Assembly: GCA_963701965.1 (NCBI GenBank)
Contig: OY969695.1
Location: 4,864,001-4,928,000 of the forward strand
Length of the DNA stretch: 64,000 nucleotides
Reading direction: 5' to 3'
Source: an uncultured Gemmatimonadales bacterium
Lineage (GTDB): Bacteria; Gemmatimonadota; Gemmatimonadetes; Gemmatimonadales; Gemmatimonadaceae
Shown here: positions 61,995 through 64,000 of the stretch, one piece after another
Layout: each line of letters opens with the position of its first letter
How positions within the stretch are numbered: position 1 is the first letter of the stretch
Translations under genes and position numbers: made by a program
Notes under the pieces: generated by a model
The model's database searches: none
The model's input: only the letters and a program-made list of their open reading frames with translations
Told to the model about the DNA's origin: nothing

Positions 61995-64000
61995 ATGCTC
62001 CCTCGCCTCACCAACCTCCGGCGCGCGATGTGGGCCCTCGCGCGCCGGCCCGCGTTTGCCATCACCGCGGCCCTGAGCTTGGGGGTCGGCATCGGCTCCA
62101 CGACCATGGTCTTGAGCGTGGTCAACGCCGTCCTCCTCCGACCGTTGCCCTACGCGACCCCGGACCGGCTCGTCGCGATCGCGCCCGACCATGCGTTCGC
62201 CCAGCGGGAGGTCGAAGCCATCGGCGAGCGCGCGAAGAGCTATGACATCGTCGCATCGGTCAGTCCCGGCTGGCTCATGGCCCTGACCGACGTGCCGGCG
62301 CCGCGCCAACTCAATGCCGCGCGCGTGTCCGGCCAATTCTTCGGCATGCTCGGCATCGCTCCGATGCTCGGCCGAACGTTCGGCGCGGACGCCGAGTTGC
62401 CGGACCGCGGCAACGTGGCGGTGCTGAGCTACGAGCTGTGGCAGGCCTCGTTTGGCGGCGACCCGAAGATCCTGGGACGCTCGATCGTGCTCAATCGCGA
62501 GAGTTACGTCGTGGTCGCCGTGATGCCCCGCGCGTTTCGGGCGCTCGGTTTTCGCTCGGACCTCTGGACGCCGATGACGCGGGATCCGTCGGCCATGTGG
62601 TGGACTGGCGCGACGCAGTTGGCGTATGCGCGTGTGCGGCCCGGCGTGTCCGTCCGGTCGGCATCCGCGGAGCTGACGCCGCTCCTGGCCACGATCCAGC
62701 GCGACTTCCACTTGCGGGCCGACTGGTTGCAGGCGACCCGCGTCGTCGGCCTCCGGGAGAGCATGGTGGGCGCGATCCGTCCGACGCTCATCGTGCTCTT
62801 CGCGGCCGTGGTCTTTCTGTTGGCGCTGGCCACGGCGAACGTGGCGACCTTGGGCCTCGTCCGCGCCGCCGAACGCCGGCACGAGCTGGCCGTACGGGCG
62901 TCGCTCGGCGCCAGCGTCCGGCAAATCGCCATGGTGTTGTTGGTCGAGAGCGTCGTGCTCGGCGCCGCGGGCGGCATCATCGGCGTCGCGCTCGCCTATG
63001 CCGGCACCGGGATCCTGCACCGCGTGCTCCCGCCATCCGTGCCGCGTATCGAGGAGATTGCGGTCGACGGACGAGTGCTGGCCGCCGCGCTCGCCGTGAC
63101 CGGTCTCGTGTCGGTGCTGTTCGGCCTCGTGCCGCTCGCCGAGGCGCGGATCGCCGGTGTGACGGCCCGCCTGCGCGCGGGGCGTACCACGACGGGCGCC
63201 GGTGCGCGCGCCCGGCGGATCGTCGTATCACTCGAGGTAGCGCTGGCGCTCGTCCTCGCCATCGGCGCGACGCTCATGGGACGCACGCTCGTCGCGCTCG
63301 CCGACGTCGATCCGGGGCTGCGCGCCGACCGCCTCCTGACCATGCGTCTCCAGCCGACCGCGGATGGCGACGACGCGCGGCGCGCCTATTGGCACGACGT
63401 GCTGGCACGCGTCCGCGCGCTGCCCGGCGTCGTCTCGGCGGCCACGGTGATGCACCTGCCGCTCGGCGGCCGGGCGTGGGACGCCGACATCACCGTCGAG
63501 GGTCGTGCGCGGCAGCCTGACGCACCGCCTCCCCGGGCGCACTGGCAAGTGGTCTCCCCAATGTACTTCGCGACCGCGGGTATTCCGATCGTGCGGGGCC
63601 GAGACTTTCGTGAGTCCGATGGCGCGCACGGACCGCGGGTGATCGCCGTCAACTCGGCATTCGCCGCGCGGCTATTTCCCGGAGAGGATCCCATCGGCCA
63701 CCGTCTGCGCGCCACCCATGCCACCGATGATTCGCTCGCCACAATCGTCGCCGTGGTGGGGAGCGTGCGCCACGACAGCCTGAACGTCCAGCCGGGGCCG
63801 GAGGTGTATGTTCCGCTGGATCAGAAGACCGTCTTCGCCACGGGGCTCATGGTGCGCACGCGCGAGGAGCCGGCGGCGCTGGTCGCCGCGATTCGCGGCC
63901 AGATCGTGGCCGTCGATCGGAACGTGCCGATCTCCGATGTCCGAACGATGAGCGACATCCTCGCGGCATCCCTCGGCCGCCAGCGCATGATGCTCACGCT
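61995..64000 (+). CDS. ABC transporter permease, duplicated MacB/FtsX (ADOP-like) type, partial
   Basis: Read manually: MLPRLTNLRRAMWALARRPAFAITAALSLGVGIGSTTMVLSVVNAVLLRPLPY, LALATANVA, ELAVRASLGA; runs off the window. Confidence 0.88.
   Translation, partial: MLPRLTNLRRAMWALARRPAFAITAALSLGVGIGSTTMVLSVVNAVLLRPLPYATPDRLVAIAPDHAFAQREVEAIGERAKSYDIVASVSPGWLMALTDVPAPRQLNAARVSGQFFGMLGIAPMLGRTFGADAELPDRGNVAVLSYELWQASFGGDPKILGRSIVLNRESYVVVAVMPRAFRALGFRSDLWTPMTRDPSAMWWTGATQLAYARVRPGVSVRSASAELTPLLATIQRDFHLRADWLQATRVVGLRESMVGAIRPTLIVLFAAVVFLLALATANVATLGLVRAAERRHELAVRASLGASVRQIAMVLLVESVVLGAAGGIIGVALAYAGTGILHRVLPPSVPRIEEIAVDGRVLAAALAVTGLVSVLFGLVPLAEARIAGVTARLRAGRTTTGAGARARRIVVSLEVALALVLAIGATLMGRTLVALADVDPGLRADRLLTMRLQPTADGDDARRAYWHDVLARVRALPGVVSAATVMHLPLGGRAWDADITVEGRARQPDAPPPRAHWQVVSPMYFATAGIPIVRGRDFRESDGAHGPRVIAVNSAFAARLFPGEDPIGHRLRATHATDDSLATIVAVVGSVRHDSLNVQPGPEVYVPLDQKTVFATGLMVRTREEPAALVAAIRGQIVAVDRNVPISDVRTMSDILAASLGRQRMMLT

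Overview
GC-rich bacterial chromosomal segment, almost fully coding. Gene content and order suggest Gemmatimonadota (inference, not verified). It is mostly core genome: a purL-purQ-purS-pssA-psd-purC-purB-htrA-tal-like-truA block on the minus strand; a trp region interleaved with signalling genes (GAF protein, trpD, inverted lexA, trpC-trpF-trpB, HEAT-repeat protein, HD-GYP protein, trpA, chemoreceptor-like protein); folB-folK-panB-panC-yqeK; rlmN; aspS-phoH-7TM-HD-ybeY-two CNNM/CBS genes; a meaB/B12-binding/carboxylase/AtuA acyl-CoA cluster; a U32-family gene, recQ, acyl-CoA dehydrogenase, lactate permease, PQQ-type propeller, rne/rng, rplU-rpmA, an amidohydrolase pair, an ECF sigma/anti-sigma/Spy-like operon, a TPR protein, and a partial ABC permease at the right edge. 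I found no rRNA, tRNA, CRISPR array, integrase or transposase. The best candidate for an undescribed system is a translationally coupled HEAT-repeat plus HD-GYP pair that share a paralogous N-terminal domain and sit between trpB and trpA. Other notable observations are a CCGAA direct-repeat operator between lexA and trpC, a transaldolase homolog lacking its catalytic residues, a long structured RNA upstream of rne/rng, a decayed duplicate of the folB promoter, and a leaderless-promoter pattern. Two +1 frameshifts (trpF, dapA-like) are probably sequencing errors. All calls come from reading motifs by eye; no database searches were run.
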